Assembly (NCBI RefSeq): GCF_001194135.2
Contig: NC_068997.1
Span: forward strand, 11,598,756-11,662,755
Length of the DNA stretch: 64,000 nt
Origin: Octopus bimaculoides
Lineage: Eukaryota
Reading direction: 5' to 3'
The notes beneath the pieces are model-generated. The model was given only the letters and a program-made list of their open reading frames with translations. It did no database searches and had not been told where the DNA came from. Each line of letters opens with the position of its first letter. Within the stretch, counting starts at the first letter, position 1. Position numbers and translations under genes: made by a program. Shown here piece after piece: positions 62,589 to 64,000 of the stretch.

Positions 62589-64000
62589 TTTCTACTGCAG
62601 AAAATCATGGAGGAGCCCTCCAGATAAATATGAAATTGTTTTTATTATAAATCACCAGAGACGTTAGAATATTCATCTGAGTATATATATATATATATAT
62701 ATATCGGTTTGATTATGCAGGAAGAAAAATTCAAAACAAAATATGCGTATATGTATATTTGGTAATATTTAGCAGAAACACAGAGTGACACAAGGACCTA
62801 GAGATTCGATCGTTAAACATAAGCGATATAGGTGAAAACACGACATTCTTTGCCCTTAAGTCACTTTGCTTTTACTAAATACATACATACATAAAAACAC
62901 ACACACACACACATATATATATATGTATGTATATGCATATATATAAATATATATATGTACGTATATGTACCTATATATAAGTATATATATATATGTATCG
63001 ATTCGCATGATTCTGTATTATATGAAATTACTTGTGTGTGATTTTAATATTATTGTACTTACATAATCACAAAATACATACTAACAAATTCGTATAAATT
63101 GTATCATATGATTACGTTTAAATATTTAGATATAAATATTAATCTGACATATTTGAAAACATAAGACATGTAATATATAAATATGTATATGTGTATATGT
63201 ATGTGGGGGTGTATACATGTGTGGGGTGTCAATACAGGTAAGTGCGTGTAAGTGCGCACGTATGAACATATGCATCTACCTGTTTTGATTACAAGGTATA
63301 TCTTTGTGAAATACTTATTAAACGTGTTTATAAAACTTCGGTGGTTCTCGCCCGCGCTTCATTTTCTTGTTGACGAAAAATCTCATCGAGCGATAAGGAT
63401 ACTCGTCAGTTTACAAACATACCCATGTGTGTATATATATATATATATATATANNNNNNNNNNNNNNNNNNNNNNNNNNNNNNNNNNNNNNNNNNNNNNN
63501 NNNNNNNNNNNNNNNNNNNNNNNNNNNNNNNNNNNNNNNNNNNNNNNNNNNNNNNNNNNNNNNNNNNNNNNNNNNNNNNNNNNNNNNNNNNNNNNNNNNN
63601 NNNNNNNNNNNNNNNNNNNNNNNNNNNNNNNNNNNNNNNNNNNNNNNNNNNNNNNNNNNNNNNNNNNNNNNNNNNNNNNNNNNNNNNNNNNNNNNNNNNN
63701 NNNNNNNNNNNNNNNNNNNNNNNNNNNNNNNNNNNNNNNNNNNNNNNNNNNNNNNNNNNNNNNNNNNNNNNNNNNNNNNNNNNNNNNNNNNNNNNNNNNN
63801 NNNNNNNNNNNNNNNNNNNNNNNNNNNNNNNNNNNNNNNNNNNNNNNNNNNNNNNNNNNNNNNNNNNNNNNNNNNNNNNNNNNNNNNNNNNNNNNNNNNN
63901 NNNNNNNNNNNNNNNNNNNNNNNNNNNNNNNNNNNNNNNNNNNNNNNNNNNNNNNNNNNNNNNNNNNNNNNNNNNNNNNNNNNNNNNNNNNNNNNNACAC

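Larger units (their letters stand above)
3685..63996. other. 15 assembly gaps (N-runs), about 5.1 kb in total
   Basis: 3685-3781, 6228-6604, 7289-7969, 12167-12387, 15691-15887, 20566-20797, 24294-25071, 26177-26560, 38260-38660, 42267-42276, 46418-46464, 51031-51159, 51881-52591, 53909-54162, 63454-63996. Nearly all are bordered by (TA)n or other simple repeats. Confidence 0.99.

Noticed and set aside
63367-63414. - strand CTGACGAG...CTC...GTC motif in the 3' flank
   Set aside because: GAAA is absent; looks like a short TGACGA/TCGTCA inverted repeat.
166-64000. Dozens of ORFs of 60-380 aa in the track (poly-X, YIYI, CVCV, HTHT, poly-S/I/Y/H/L/K/R, ERER, KKER)
   Set aside because: They are translations of microsatellites or run through N gaps; no domain-like content.

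Overview
AT-rich, microsatellite-dense eukaryotic DNA from a gapped short-read assembly (15 N-runs, about 5.1 kb, nearly all abutting simple repeats). The repeat families look like octopod (Octopus) genomic DNA; that assignment is from my recall of these repeats, not from a search. There is one credible protein-coding gene: an intronless class A GPCR of the allatostatin-A/galanin receptor family (buccalin-receptor type in molluscs), CDS 61085-62191 (+). It is entered through a clear 3' splice site at 61025, and two short uORFs precede the ATG. The preceding 61 kb has no recognisable host exon. It is a patchwork of tRNA-derived SINEs (two families), decayed LINE pieces (Dong/R4, RTE, Tx1-like ORF1), Penelope-like fragments, three fold-back/TIR elements and simple repeats. 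The most unusual signal is a set of hammerhead-ribozyme (HHR)-like motifs found by eye: an intact-core minimal type I (11.9 kb), a twin type I/type III relic (3.9-4.1 kb), a one-mutation type I (45.4 kb), a decayed one beside a GIY-YIG relic (34.5 kb), and a 100-nt, almost fully complementary cassette holding all HHR core nucleotides in a non-canonical order (36.15-36.25 kb). None has been tested. Almost all other ORFs in the supplied track are artefacts of microsatellites or N-runs.
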